Assembly: GCF_006345805.1 (NCBI RefSeq)
Contig: NC_043018.1
Span: forward strand, 12,710,001-12,774,000
Direction of reading: 5' to 3'
Source: Octopus sinensis
Lineage: Eukaryota
Length of the DNA: 64,000 nucleotides
Positions 1 through 14,679 of this stretch are shown here, one piece after another (position 1 is the first letter of the stretch; each line of letters begins with the position of its first letter). Under the pieces are notes generated by a model, which searched no databases, was not told the DNA's origin, and was given only the letters and a program-made list of their open reading frames with translations. The position numbers and the translations under genes were made by a program.

Positions 1-508
1 AAAAAATTACACTGAATCGGCCATACATACATACATACACACATACATAGATACATACACACATACATACACACACACATACATAGATACATACACATAC
101 ATATACACATACACCGAGTAAAAAATTTCAGTTATCTCTCTCTTTCACATATTACTCTCTCTGTCTCTTCGCACACACTAACAGAAGCACTCCACTTACA
201 CAACATACTGTCTGTCTCCCACACCTCATCAAACACACACACGGGGACTTCAAAAAGAAATTCCCTCATCATAAAATCGCTTCCTCTTAGTCTCTTTCGC
301 TCTCATTACTTCAAATATTCCCGCAAAGCCATATGTAAAAAAATAAAAGTTTTTTACGGAAGTCGACGGAAACGTGTGCTACGACAAACAAAACATTGCC
401 CCTCTATTTAAGTAGCACCAAGATAAGAACGGAACTAGTTGTAATCAGCTTCCCTCGTTCTGCAACATTACTGACATTGTGCCAAAATTTAGAAACAGTT
501 ATTATTAA

Positions 509-714
509 GTCGGTGAGCTTGGTCGAATCGTTAGCACTCCGGGATAATTGCTTAACGGCATTTCGGCGGTCTGAGTTCAAATTCTGCCGAGGTCGACTTT
601 GCCTTTCATCCTTTCGGTGTCGATAAAATAAGTACCAGTTACGCACTGGGGTCGATGTAATCAGCTAGCATCCTCATCCCAAATTCCAGGCCTTGTGCTT
701 TTAGTAGAAACAAT
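509..714 (+). mobile_element. tRNA-derived SINE, family A
   Basis: A/B-box-like head (GAGTTCAAATTC) and core GAGGTCGACTTTGCCTTTCATCCTTTCGG. Other copies at ~6669-6890, 18630-18795, 20352-20492(-), 26777-26981, 50114-50332 and 56905-57097(-). Confidence 0.85.
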
Positions 715-3700
715 TTTCCCCTCCTCTTCAATTAGTTTGGTGATTCGTTTCAATTTAATGTTGTTGATATTACATTTTTATTGATTTCTAACAATGGCAC
801 AAGACTTATCAATTTTAGAGGAAGGCTGTAGACAGCTAAATCAACATACAGTTTCATTTGGTAGTTTATTTTTATCTTATCGGCCTTCTTCAAGGAAGGT
901 TTGGAGGTAGAGTTAGCTTCTGCGGGGTTTTCAGTCAGAACATAAGCACAAAGCCTCAAAATTTAGCATTTAATTATATTACCTCACCGTCGCTTTCGAC
1001 ATGTCTAGTGCCCCCTTGGGGTAGTACCCCCCACGTTGAGAACCTTTGGTGTGAGCAATCAGCAGCAGTGCAATGAAATAACTTGCTTAAGGTTTTTACA
1101 AACATAAATAATTAAATTAATATTTTTTTTCCCAAGGTTAAGAGAGTTCGTTGGAGCAAACCCAAAAAATGACCTGATTCTATCAGCCCTGCAATTATAT
1201 AGAGAGAATTTACAAGGGATTGGCAAATTCTGTCATATTCAGCGTTTTTTCCCGTAAATAAACAGTGCTTGTAATTTTAGTTTTTTCATGTTGTTGGTGT
1301 TTATCTCTGGGTTAACCATGAAGTAGTAAATCTATTATCAAAGATATTCTAGCCGTGACCATCCCGTCTTTTTAGAGTATCTAGAACTGCATTATCTAAT
1401 GTTCGGTGTGATTTGTTTTAATAGGAAAGGGTGATTTGAAGGAAATTCGGCTGTTATTCCTTGCTCAGTTCTTAGAGGTAAACCCATAAAGGTTCATTAA
1501 GTTATTAAAATAAAGGCAAGCGTTTAAAAGTCAAAATTTTAGTTTGGAAAAAATAATGTCACGATTTCTAATAATGGCACATTTTAAAATATTTGATCTA
1601 TTTTAAAATAGATAGATAAAATATTTTGGAATATTGTACGTCACCTTGTAAATGACATTACATGCATATATTGACATGACATACTTTACATAATGGCATT
1701 TCACTTATGGCGAAAAAAAAGACGTTTTATTGAATAAAACAATGGATACTTTTTGGTTATCTCACCCCCATTAAAAAATTGGTGTTATCTCTGAAGCAAA
1801 ATTACATTAAATCAGTAAAAAATTTAACTAGGATTTTTTTTCCCCTGTGACTTTTTGTCCCCGAGAATCAAAATTACAATGGTATATAAAATCTCTAACG
1901 GGACAGGAAATAAAGTCGCAGGAAAAAGTATTCAGTTTTTAAATATCTAGATTTCCAAGCCTACATGTATATGGTACTGTATATTTACTGTTGTGGTTAT
2001 TTCATTTATCCTTTGACAAGCATATTGAGGGAAAAATCTATTCGCTGAGGAGGTATAATAAGGCAAAAGCATGCTTGAAGTTATCTCCTGAAAAACGAAA
2101 TTATTAAAATTAAAATAATAGTCATTCAGTTGTGTCTGGGGGGAGTTATTCTCTTTTAGTGTCTTATAATTTAACACACTCACCGGTAAAATTTCCACTT
2201 CAACACACGAACTCACACAAAGAATCTTGCAAACCGAATCCCAAAACGAAATAGTCATTCAGTTATTGTTATCTTTTTCACATTACATATTTATTACTAA
2301 TGATGTTTTTAATGTTTACTACACTGACTTAATTATTGCCAGCATTCGGGTGGTCATGTTAAATTTTCAAAATATTTTGGATGGCTCCCATGTTTTCGAC
2401 AACGGAGATTACAATTTTGAAATTTTTTTTTAAAAAAGCCCTCTCCCACCACAGCTTTTCATATTTTTAAAAATTTTCACCTGCCTGAAATTTTTGTTTT
2501 TAACTTTTTTGTGAAAACTTTGAGAATTCCACCTTCAAAAATATGAAGATTACGATTCTGAAAAAAAAAAAAATTTCGGTTCAAAATTTCAATATTTTAA
2601 TGCCAATTGCTTACAATAATTTTTCATTTTCATTTTCTGATTATTAACTGAAAGAATACCGTTAATACCATTATTGTTTTTAATGAATCATCATCATCAT
2701 CGTTTAACGTCCGTTTTCCACGCTAGCACGGGTTGGACGGTTCGACCGGGGTCTGGGAAGCCAGGGGCTGCACCAGGCTCCGGTCTGATCTGGCAGTGTT
2801 TCTACAGCTGGATGCCCTTCCTAATGCCAACCACTCCAAGAGTGTAGTGGGTGCTTTTTACGTGCTAGGGGAGTCTGGCATCGGCCACGATCGGTCGGTG
2901 CTTTTAACGTGCCACCGGCACGGAAGCCAGTCAAGGCTGCGCTGGCATCAGCCACGTTCAGATGATGCTTTTTATGTGCCACCGGCACAGAAGCCAGTCG
3001 GGGAATCATTAAATTTTTATGCCTTGTTGTGTACACAGTTGTACATCTGTTTGTCGATTCTCTCATTGCTACTTTGGGTAGTTCAGTGAAGTTTCCGTTT
3101 TGCTGAAGAGGTGTATTAAGACTGGAACATGTTTAGGATTGTCTCTCAGACTTAATGCTCACAATGTTAAATATGTGGCAATGTGGTTAGGACATTTGCT
3201 TTGTAATCTCATGGTTTTAGGGTTCAATCCCATTGTGTGGCACTTTTGGATGAATTTGGTAAATGGAAACTGAAAGAAGCCTGTCTCATACGTGTATGTG
3301 CATTTGAGTTTCCTTGTCTTGACCTTGCATAATGTCAATGAATGTTATTAATTTCCAATATTCTGTGAAAACATGTTTGGCCATGGGAAGGAAATATTAC
3401 CTTGCTTGGAAAGAGGAGAGAATTGGTAACAGGAAAGGTATCCAGCTGTAGAAAATGTCATAATGAAGTCCATCCGACACAAGCAATCATGGGAAAGTGA
3501 ATATTAAAACGATGATGAATAATGACAATGCTCTGCCTTTCCAAATGTTCTTTCCTCAAAATATGGAATCACTTGCAAAGTATATTTTGCATATCAGGTT
3601 TTATTCTTTAAGATAGCCTTGGGGAAATGGGAAGTATTCATAACCTCTCCAGACCATTCTGCAAACGTAAACTGAATGCTAACGAATCTTTGTAAGGCAT

Positions 3701-3893
3701 TGAAATCATGTCTGTTGTTTATTTTTTGGTTTTCGTTGTTGGTTTCCTTCTCTTTGTCCTGGGGGAGGTGGAAGAGAGAGAAAGCTTTATTAACAGACGA
3801 AGATTAGACAGAGAAGCAGATACATAGAGTAGCAACAGAGTGAAATGGAGAGAGAAAGAAAAACAGGCAAGCAAACAGCAACAGAGAGGGAGG

Positions 3894-4356
3894 GGTACTT
3901 TTTGGTTATTTCACCCCCATTAAAAAATTGGGTTATTTCCCCCATTTTACGAGAAATATTGGTACTTTTGGTTTTCTCCTTCAACTAAAAAAATTGTTTG
4001 ACTCTCAATAAAACAAATAGAAAAGAGAAAAAATTAATAGACATAAAAAGTGAAAAGACGAAACATCATTTTCAATTTGATAATATTTTTATAACAAATT
4101 TTTTCAAAACTGAAAAAATTCATAAACATAAAAATGGAAAAAATTAAACATTTTACTGAATCTGATGATATTTTTATAACCATTCCTACCCTGCCTATTG
4201 AGGTGGCCAAATGTCAACAATACGTTGAAGTATTGAATCAAAAGGATCTAACTCTTTTAATTCAATCTGATGTCATATCTTGATTTTTTTAGTGGGAAGA
4301 TAACCCAGTTTTTTAATGGCAATTTTTTAATGGGGGTGAGATAACCAAAAAGTACC
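3894..4356. mobile_element. MITE with ~37-bp TIRs starting GGTAC (Merlin-like)
   Basis: GGTACTTTTTGGTTATTTCACCCCCATTAAAAAATTG and its inverted copy ending at 4356. A lone copy of the TIR lies at ~1745-1790. TSD not clean. Confidence 0.75.
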
Positions 4357-4489
4357 AAGTGAGGGAAGAAAGAGATAGTATGAATAAGAGAGGAGGAAAG
4401 ATGATACAGCACTTTAAAACAGAGGGAGGCATCAGAGATGTCATGAGATGAAGTAAAAGAGAGTAAGCAAAAAGGTGCTTTTTTCCTAT

Positions 4490-4669
4490 GAAAATCCCTA
4501 TTTTTGACGATTTTTTTACTGCTGTGTCACCATTTTTCGGTGTATTTCAACCATAAAAATGTTCACTTAAAGAGAATAACAAGCTACATAATGCAAAATT
4601 TTTACTTTTCAAAAATTCCAATTCTAAAGGGTCGAAACAAACCCGAGCAACGCCCGGCTATACTGCTAG
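4490..4669 (+). mobile_element. Helitron 3' terminus
   Basis: Subterminal GC hairpin CCGAGC-AAC-GCCCGG, 8 nt before CTAG|T at 4666-4670. Confidence 0.7.
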
Positions 4670-6881
4670 TTCCAATAACAAGTGTTCCAGTTGATCCGAT
4701 CAATGGAACAGCCTGCTCATGAAATTAACACGCAGGTGGTTGAGTGCTCCACAGACAAGCATAACCTTAACTTAGTTTTCAGGGAGATTCAGTGCAACAC
4801 AGAATGTGATAAGGCTGTGATGATATTTTTAACCTCTTTTGATGTATTATTTATTATTTTATACACATTTAAAAAAGAAACTGTTTATTCTTATTTTTAA
4901 ATGATTTTTATTAAAATATTTTTTTGTTATAACCATCACTTGCTGCCGGGGTATACTCTAACATTTGGAAAGAGACTGCAGTGTGTCCTATTCCCTGGCC
5001 AGGTTAAAGCCCATAGAGGCCCTAAGCACTTAAAAGATTGTGGTGCCCTCATATATATGTATTTCAAATATAAATAATAATAATAATAAGTCATAAAATA
5101 AATTTCTGTCTTTTAAAACGAAACAAAATAATGTTTATTTTTGTATATTTCCATTTTATTCATATTTGAAAAATTTTCTCCTAATCTTTTTAGTTGCAAA
5201 GACTTTGATCTGATCCTCTCTGTGACACCATGAGCTCTTTGAAATTATATTCCTAATCATATAAATCACTTTGAATATTACTTTAGCAAGGTTAAAGTGA
5301 TTTCTCTTATGTCATAAACCATTTACCATTTCTGTAGTGGCCACCTCCCATGATACCCGAAGCACATGCTTAATGCTGACTTATATCTTTAACTATATGG
5401 TGACAATTTGCTTACAATCTTTAAGATATAGTTATTAATCAAATTAAAACTAATAATAATGAATTTATGAGAAAGTTTCTCTTTTTCTGGAAATGTTTCA
5501 CATGGATGCCACTAAAAACAGCAATAAAAAAGCCTAATTTTTGTGAAAAATCATTGGCAGATAGTTTCTGTTGTCAGTTTGACATTTACATTGATGGAAC
5601 TATTCAGAACTTATCTGATAATTAAGGCTGTAAATTAATTTGCTGGCAGCAATTTAGCTGGTTTAACGTGTGTTGTATTTAAGATGTAAATAGACCAGTA
5701 GAATTAAGTATTATTGCATAACAACCAGACAGCATTTATTAAGTAAAGATTAAAATGATTTAAGTCCTAAGCTGTCGATGTTTTTGTTTCAATTGCATTT
5801 TGTTGTTTGCCCAAACCAGATTTCACAAATTTTAATGTAAATATAAAGATGTTCTAAATATTCAGCGGGTTTAGAAGGTTCAGCCCTGGGTTACATTACA
5901 TGATATTTTTTTCTGATTACATTTTCTGGTATTCCCAACAGCTCAGGAAATGGAAGACAACAGAGAATTAAGTATATTCCTATCAAAACCGTCCTTCAGG
6001 CAATCTTTCTACTAGTCATTATAAAAAGGATATAAAATACCACACACACACTCACACACGAATATATATACACATACATACATACATATATATATATATA
6101 TGTATATATCATAAATAAAAAAAATGTATCCTTTTAAAGCCTAGCCAGGCTCATGGGCCCGGTTTTCCGGTTTCTATGGCTATATGTTCCCCAGCTGGAC
6201 GGGATGCCAGTCCATCGCAGCGTTACTCATTTTTGCCAGCTGAGTGGACAGGAGCAACATGAAATGAAGTGTTTTGCTCAAGAACACAACACGTTGCCCA
6301 GTCCAGGAATTGAAACCATAATCTTATGATCATGACGCTGACACCCTAACCACTAAGCCATGTGCCTCTACATATATATATATATATATATGACGGGCTT
6401 CTTTCAGTTTCCATCTACCAAATTCACTCATAAGGATTTGGTCAGTCCGAGGCTATAGTAGAAGACACTTTTCCAAGGTGCCATGCAGTGGGACTGAACC
6501 TGGAACCATGTGGTTGGTAAGCAAGCTAATTACCACACAGCCACTCCTAAGCCTGATCACTATAAACAAATCCTTTGTGCAGAGCATTTGTCAAAAGCTA
6601 AATACTCATGTGTCATCTTCAAAGGCGAAAGTCCATCATCATCATCATCATCATCATCATTACTATTTAAGGCAGTGGGCTGGCAGAATCGTTGGCACAC
6701 TGGGTGAAATGCTTAACAGTATTTCATCTGCCGTTATGTTCTGAGTTCAAATTCCGCTGAGATTGACTTTACCTTTCATCCTTTCGTAGTCGATAAATTA
6801 AGTATCAGTAATACGCTGGGGTTGATGTAATCGACTAGTCCCCTCCCCCAAAATTGCTGCCCTTGTGGCAAAATTTGAAAC

Positions 6882-6912
<31 letters not shown>

Positions 6913-6921
6913 TGAATTTAT

Positions 6922-7510
6922 GGATGCAGGTGTGGTTGTGCAGTAAGAAGTTTGCTTCCCAACCACATGGTTCTGAGTTCAGTTACACCATGTGGCATCT
7001 GAGTAAATGTTTCCTTCTCTAGTCCAAGGCCAACCAAAACCTTGTGAGTGGATTTGGTAGACAGATACTGAAAGATATCTGTGTGTGTCTTTGTGTCTGT
7101 GTTTGTCCCCACCACTGCTTGACAACCGGTGTTGGTGTGTTTACATCCTGATAATCAAGCAGTTCAGAAAAAGAGACCGATAGGCTAAAAAGAAATTAAT
7201 GCTGGCCTTGATTCGTTTGACTAAAATTCTCCTAAGCAGTGCCCCAACATGGTTGCAGTCTGATAACTAGAACAAGTAAAAGATAGATCTGTCTGTGTGT
7301 CTTTGTGTTTGTTCCCAACACCACTTGACAACTGGCACAGGTTGTTTATATCCCCATAACAGTTTGGCAATACAGACTGATAGAATAAGTACCAGGGTTA
7401 AAAAAAAAAAAGTAGTGAGGCTGATTCATTCAAGTAAAATCCTTCAGGGTGGTGCCCCAGTATGACCACAATTCTATGAATGAAACAAGTTGAAGACAAA
7501 TGATAAAAGA
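6922..7510 (+). mobile_element. tRNA-derived SINE, family B (CORE-like GCACCTTGGGCAAGTGTC) with duplicated 3' part
   Basis: Many copies: ~3175-3290, 6390-6550(-), 15990-16145(-), 28580-28970, 42780-42930, 47215-47560(-), 51545-51650(-), 52240-52400(-), 52690-52815(-), 53075-53405(-), 61965-62340(-). Confidence 0.8.
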
Positions 7511-9495
7511 CAATGTGAGAATATTTATTTTACTTTTAGGATTTGTTTGCATGTCCTGTTGTCAGCCAGGTAGACTGAGAAAAAGCCAAGATTACCTGAG
7601 TTATCTGACTGGCCTGTGGAAACAGAACAGCTCACATCAGTTGTAATTGATAATTATGGTTGCATTTATAATTAGCAAGTCAATGGCTTTGAGTAGCTTT
7701 CAAAGGAATTTTAATGACAGAAATACTCATTAACCTTGGTCATGTTTACCTTCAGGCTCCTTGATTCCAGATTAATCCTTAATTTTCTCTTGTAGTCCTG
7801 GTAACACTTTGGCACTGTGAGGTAAACTATCTGAATATATTAGTTTTGAATTCTGAATTCTTTCTTGAAGTAAAACATTTGTTTTCCATCAAGTCCTTCA
7901 CTTGCAGCTATTTCAGACAAAAATATGGTATTTATGAAGTTTCAAGTTAATTTTCTTAAATTTTTTTATAGCCATTGGCAAAGTAGAACAATAAATTGTT
8001 ATATTATTCTTATATTATTATTCTGTGTGTTTATAAATGTTTAAGTGCGTATGCAGGTGTGTATCAAAATAAGAGTGAGTGTATATACATATTTGTGTGT
8101 ATGTACAGGTTATTACTGTTTGGCTTTGAATTACCACTGACCAAGCAATCTTATCATCAAAGATATTCCAATTGTAAATATTCCACCTACCTTTTTAGGG
8201 TATTTAGCTCTACATTATGTAAAGTGTCCTTGCATCTTTTAAAGATGACTGGTAGGGTGTGATTTGAGGGAGATTTGGCTCCTATTTCAAGACAGGGTCA
8301 TGTATGCAAAAGTGTCATAACATATGTCTGTCATAAGAGCACCTGGTACACACTGTAAAGTAGTTGGTATTAGAAAGGGCATCTGGGTGTGGAAACCAAG
8401 CCAAAACAGACTGGAATCTGGCGCAGCTCTCCAACTTGCTGGCTCTGGTTAAACCAACCAACCCACACCAACATGGAAAACATCCTTTAACGTCTGTTTT
8501 CCATGCTGATAATCTTTTCTACTCAAGGCACCAGAACCGAAATTTTGGGGGAGGGGGGGGCAGTCGATTAGATCGACCCCAGTATGCAACTGTTTGAACT
8601 CCAGCCATAAAAACCATGCCAAAGCAGACAGTGGAGTTTGGTGCAGTTCCATGGTTTGCCAGATCTTGTCAAACTATCTGACCAAAGCCAGCAAGGAAGA
8701 CAGACATTAAATGATGATGATGATATATCTTTTACTTGTTTCAGTCATTAGATTGTGACCATATTGGAGCACCACCATGTATATGCACACACACACACAC
8801 ACATGCAGATACTCGCTAAAATGTACTGGAGGTTGTTGTGTAGCCACATGTCAGCCCCCTGATTGAGCAGCATTATGATCAAAGGTGTTTCAGCCATCTC
8901 ATCTGTTTGTGTGGGAATCGAGGGGGATTTAGTTGCTGTTTCTAATAGTTTGAGTGACTGCATAAAGATTCTCTTGCTGGCTGGGAAGTGCTGGAAGTAT
9001 AAAGGCAAAAATATAAGAAGATCAATAACTGTCTTCATTCCAGAGCAAAAAATGACAAAATATTGATTTCTTTTCATTAAGATCAGATTCCACATTTAGA
9101 GAGGGGGAAGGGGGAAGGTAGGGAGTATTGTCAATCTACACTGGTACTTAGCTGATGTGGCCCCAGGCAGATGAAACGTGAAGTTGACTCTGACGTGATT
9201 TGAGCTTAGAAATTAGTTAAGCAAAACTGGATGGTTAATGAATCTTAGCTTCTCGTTTGTCTCAGATTGATATAATATTATTCCTTTCATTAATGTATTT
9301 CTGTTGAAATACAATGCATCATCATCATCATCATCATCAACGTTTAACATCCGCTTTCCATGCTAGCATGGGTTGGATGATTTGCCTGAGGACTGGCGAA
9401 CCAGATGGCTGCACCAGGCTCCAATCTGCCTTAATTAATTTTTTTGAGAATAATTGAGAATTTAGTAAAATGACTGTCATTATTAGGTTGGTGTA

Positions 9496-10070
9496 AGGTG
9501 GTGAGCTGGCAGAAACGTTAGCACGCTGGGCAAAATGCTTAGCGGTATTTCGTCTGTCTTTACATTCTGAGTTCAAATTCCACCAAGATCGACTTTGCCT
9601 TTCATCCTTTCAGGGTTGATAAATTGAGTACCAGTTGTGTACTGGGGTCAATCTAATTGACTGGCCCCTTCTGTAAAAATTTCTGGCCATGTGCCTAGAG
9701 CAGTAAAGATAATTAGGTTAGTGCTTTTAAGATGGTAAGCTGGCAGAATTGTTAGCATGCCAGAAAAAATACTAAGCAGCATTTTATCTGTCTCTAAGTT
9801 CCGTGTTCAAATTCCACTGAGTTTGACTTTGCCTTTCAGAGTCAATAAAATAAGTACAAGTCAAATATTGGGGTCAATGTTGTTGACTTCACCCTCCCCT
9901 CAAAAACTGATGGCCTTGTGCCAAAATTTGAAATCATTATTAAGTTGATGTTTTAAGATGGTGAGTTGGCCGAATATTAGCTTGTCAGACAAAAAGCTTA
10001 GCAACATTCCTTCCGGCTTTACATTCTGAGTTTAAATTCTGCCAAGGTCAACTTTGCCTTTCGTTCTTTA
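9496..10070 (+). mobile_element. Three head-to-tail SINE family A copies
   Basis: Heads AAG(G/A)TGGT(G/A)AG(C/T)TGGC at ~9496, 9729 and 9956. Confidence 0.85.
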
Positions 10071-10612
10071 ATGGTGTCATTGAAATTGACTAGCCTCCTT
10101 TTCCTAAGTTTCAGACCTTAATAATTTTTTTCAACTATTGTTTCAGACAGTGCATGCCATCAAAGTGACATTGGGGTAAAATATACGAAGCCCAGTATAC
10201 CCATCATGACTACCCGTCTGATAAGGGTACACCAGGCACATGCATCACAACCATATGTGCGCCACATGGTGATCTCATATCAAGATAAACAGTGCATGAC
10301 CTTGCAGATGGGGCCCAGTTAGAATTTTCTTCAGGTCAAGTAGCCCATCCCGCTCAAAAGGTCTCTGAATAAGGATTGTTTAAGGATGTTGAATGAACCA
10401 TCCATGTTTCCAAAGGGGAATTATCCAAACCTCCAAGAATTCCTTTCAACACATGGCTATGATGCTCCCCCACTACTTCTGCTCATGATCAGAGATGCAC
10501 ATATCGTCAGCCACCTAGGGACGTGCTCAACTGGTTACGGTCAAACAACTGACAAGCAAATCTGTGGTATTGAGCAGAATATTTGCTGAACCCCTCTTTT
10601 ATACCAAGACTT

Positions 10613-10708
<96 letters not shown>

Positions 10709-10869
10709 TACTGTCTGTCATGCCAAGGAAAGCTGTTTGTTGTCTGCTCCTTTTCTGATTTTGTTTGGCTTTGAATGTATTTTTGCTGTTCCGTCTGATA
10801 TAATATATTAAGTTCTGTCAGTGCCTTCCTTTTTTCTATTTAAGTTTCTTCTTGTAGGATTCCTGTTGT

Positions 10870-12023
10870 GCTGTTTGGTTATTTCCTTTATGTTAATTCT
10901 TTTTGCGAGCACTGTGTTGCTTTCCCAGGGGGCTCTATGTTTCACTTTTGGCTTCAAAGGTCTATACTAATTTGTCCTCAGCCACCATTCTTTCTTTTCA
11001 TATACAGTCTGTTTACATTTGCTTTAGGGTGTAGTGCCCCATGCATCCTTCTATCCAGTCTTGATATTCCCTCCTTAGTCCATTTGAGGATGGACACCCT
11101 ATATCTGACCACTGCAACTGTCCAGATATTCATTGCAGTAATCAGATCTTTGGCATTCAGGTTGGATTTCAACACCATCTTCACCCTTTTTTGATACACC
11201 TCGCTGACCTTGACTTTCATTTCTTTGTGTAGAATGTCACCCAGCTCCAAAATCCCTAAATATCTATACTCACTACTGTCAGGTTCACCCATGGTCTCTC
11301 CTGATAGTAGCCACAATCCTCTGCAGGCTGCTTTCTTCCCTCTTTTCATATTAAGTACTGAGCATTTAGTAATTCCAAATTCCATACCGATGTCCCTACC
11401 ACACTTCTGAACTGTTTTGGTTAAGGAATCTATCTGTTTTTCAGGTTATCCATAAACAGATGATTCAATGGTGGGCCTTTCTTCCCACATCGGTAACCCA
11501 ACTTAACTTCCCTAAGTGTCATTGTTATGGGTATTAGTGTTATTACAAAGAGTAACAGAGAAAACAAGTCCCCTTGGAAGATTCCCCTTTTAATATTGAC
11601 TTCTCCAAGGAATACATTACTTGAGTACAATTTGGTTTTCCACTCTTTCATGCTATGCATCAGAAAATTTGTGATGTTGTCAGCAACACCAAACATCTGC
11701 AGGCATTCAATGGTCCAAGAATGAGGCATCATATCATTTGCCTTCTTAAAGTCAATCCAAGCCATAGACATGTTTGTATGATGTTTTCTTTCAATGCCTC
11801 AAAACTGTTTTATCGATGACCAGGTGATCCTTGGTCCCCTCTTCCTACATCCTTTTTGTTCTCTTGGTAGAATTTCTTCCTGTGCCAGGAAAGGGTATGC
11901 CTTTGCCACACATATTCCAGTGAGTATCTTCCAGATTATGTTTAGGCATACAAAGGGATGATAGTTTCCCACAATATTCCCCTTTCTTCTATCTTTCATT
12001 ACAAGTGTTGCCCTCCCAGTCAC
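10870..12023 (-). mobile_element. Decayed R4/Dong-type non-LTR retrotransposon, RT domain fragment
   Basis: Broken ORFs encode EQKGCRK, AWIDFKKA.D..PHSW, IKRGIFQGD.FS.LLF, LNHLFMD.LK, MEFGITKC, YRYLGILE and LHPKANVNRLY.KRKNGG. Adjacent to a (TTA)n tract at 10624-10708. Confidence 0.85.
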
Positions 12024-12549
12024 CTGTTGTTGTTGTTGTTGTTATTATTATTACTTTATTATTATTTTATTTGCAAGAAATATCTACATCTGTCACTCAG
12101 TAATCAGACTTCTAATATTTTTATGTCTTCCAAAATTTCAGTTAAGGGTGGGGCAGTCAGGTGCTATGGAGATTTATTTGTGTATGGTTTAAACATTACT
12201 TTATTTCTTCTTCTTCTTCTTCTTTTTCTTCTTCTCCTCCTCCTCCTCCTCCTCACCACCACCACCACCACCATCATCATTGCTATTTTGTTTAGAATTG
12301 TGGAAAACAAAATTCCTCTTCTTTCCATTCTTCAAAGATGAACAACAAAATAATTATTATTAGAAAAGAAAAAGAAAAAAATGCATTAATTTAAGTAATT
12401 TTTTTCCCTGTAAAATTACTTTTCCACTTTCAAATAATTATTTTCATGACTTAAAAAAAAACAAAAAAACAAGATACAAATGATATTTCAAAATAATTTC
12501 TGTAGTTTCATATTAAACAAGTCTTCTTTTTGCACCCAGTCTCCCTCCC

Positions 12550-12697
12550 TTTATATATATAATAATAATATATATATAATATAATATAATATATATATAT
12601 ATAATATAATATAATATAATATAATATAATATAATATAATATATATATATATACACACAAATGTATATATGTATGTATATATATAAATGTATATATG

Positions 12698-12778
<81 letters not shown>

Positions 12779-12791
12779 ATGTATATATATA

Positions 12792-12864
<73 letters not shown>

Positions 12865-12968
12865 TATATATATTTGTTTTGGTAACAATTTCCTTATATA
12901 TATATATATATATATATATGTTTATATATATATATATATATGTAATATATATATATAAATGTATATAC

Positions 12969-13017
<49 letters not shown>

Positions 13018-13121
13018 TATATATATATTTGTTTTGTTAGAATTTCCTTATATTATATACATATATATATATGTTTATATATATATATATGTATACATAT
13101 ATATATAAATGTATATACGTA

Positions 13122-13166
<45 letters not shown>

Positions 13167-13235
13167 ATATATATATTTGTTTTGTTAACAATTTCCTTAT
13201 ATTATATACATATATATATATGTTTATATATATAT

Positions 13236-13266
<31 letters not shown>

Positions 13267-13506
13267 TATATATTATATATATATATGTATGTATAAATGT
13301 ATATATGTATATATATAAATGTATATTTACATATATATATATATATTATACATATATATATATATTATATATATCTATTTATTTATGTGTCTGTGTGTGT
13401 GTATGTATGTACATATATATAAATGTATATATACACACACATATATATTATACATATATTGTATATATTATATATATATCTATTTATTTATATGTGTCTC
13501 TGTGTG

Positions 13507-13595
<89 letters not shown>
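12550..13595. repeat. Compound (TA)n tract with ~150-bp higher-order periodicity
   Basis: TTTGTTTTG(G/T)TA(A/G)(C/A)ATTTCCTTAT landmark at ~12872, 13028 and 13176. Confidence 0.9.
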
Positions 13596-14326
13596 AATAC
13601 ATTCAAATCAGACATTTTCAAAAACGTTTTAGAATATGCTGGGAGTAATTTCTCATAATGCACTTCACAGGTTCAATATACAAAACTAGGGGGGAAAAAA
13701 CTGAAGCAAACTGCATTCGTACTCCATAAGTAATATCTTCGACATATTTATTTCAGCTTTGCAGAAAGTAATCCCTCTTTAACACACACACACATAATAC
13801 ACACATACATACATATATATATTTACAAAATGATAATAAACATCTGCAAATTTTTGCAATGCAAATATAATTTTTTTTTCAAGTTATCCTGGAATGTGAT
13901 GGGATTATAATTACTTTTAGTTCCAGGGCATTTCAACATAAACCAAGTACCCAGTTTAGTATTAAAACCTACAGTAATTTCCAAAATATGATGATGAATG
14001 AAGAAATAAATGAATGAATAAAAGGATGAAAGCATTTTTGTGAGAGAACAACAACAATATTGTTACGAGGTAAAAAAAGAAAGTACAAACAAATCCAGTT
14101 TTCAGAAAAATCTAAAGATTTCAGAAGAATTAGAGAGAAATTCTTACAGGTTCAAAAATCATAGAAGAAACAAAAGACAAAAATGAATATACATGTGTGT
14201 ATATATATATATATATATATGTGTGTGGGTATATATATAATATATATATATATGTATATATATAATAGATATATATACATGTATATATATATATAATATA
14301 TATATATATATACATATATGTGTGGG

Positions 14327-14395
<69 letters not shown>

Positions 14396-14481
14396 TAAGC
14401 AATAAAGGGTTTAGCAACGAATTGCCTTACCACATACCGAATTTAGAAATAGCAGTCAAAGAGTTATAGCTATTTCTTCTA

Positions 14482-14583
<102 letters not shown>

Positions 14584-14647
14584 GAGATAAAACTTACTTG
14601 GAAAAGGATGCATACTGTTCAGTCATATGCTAATATAAATAATACAT

Positions 14648-14679
<32 letters not shown>

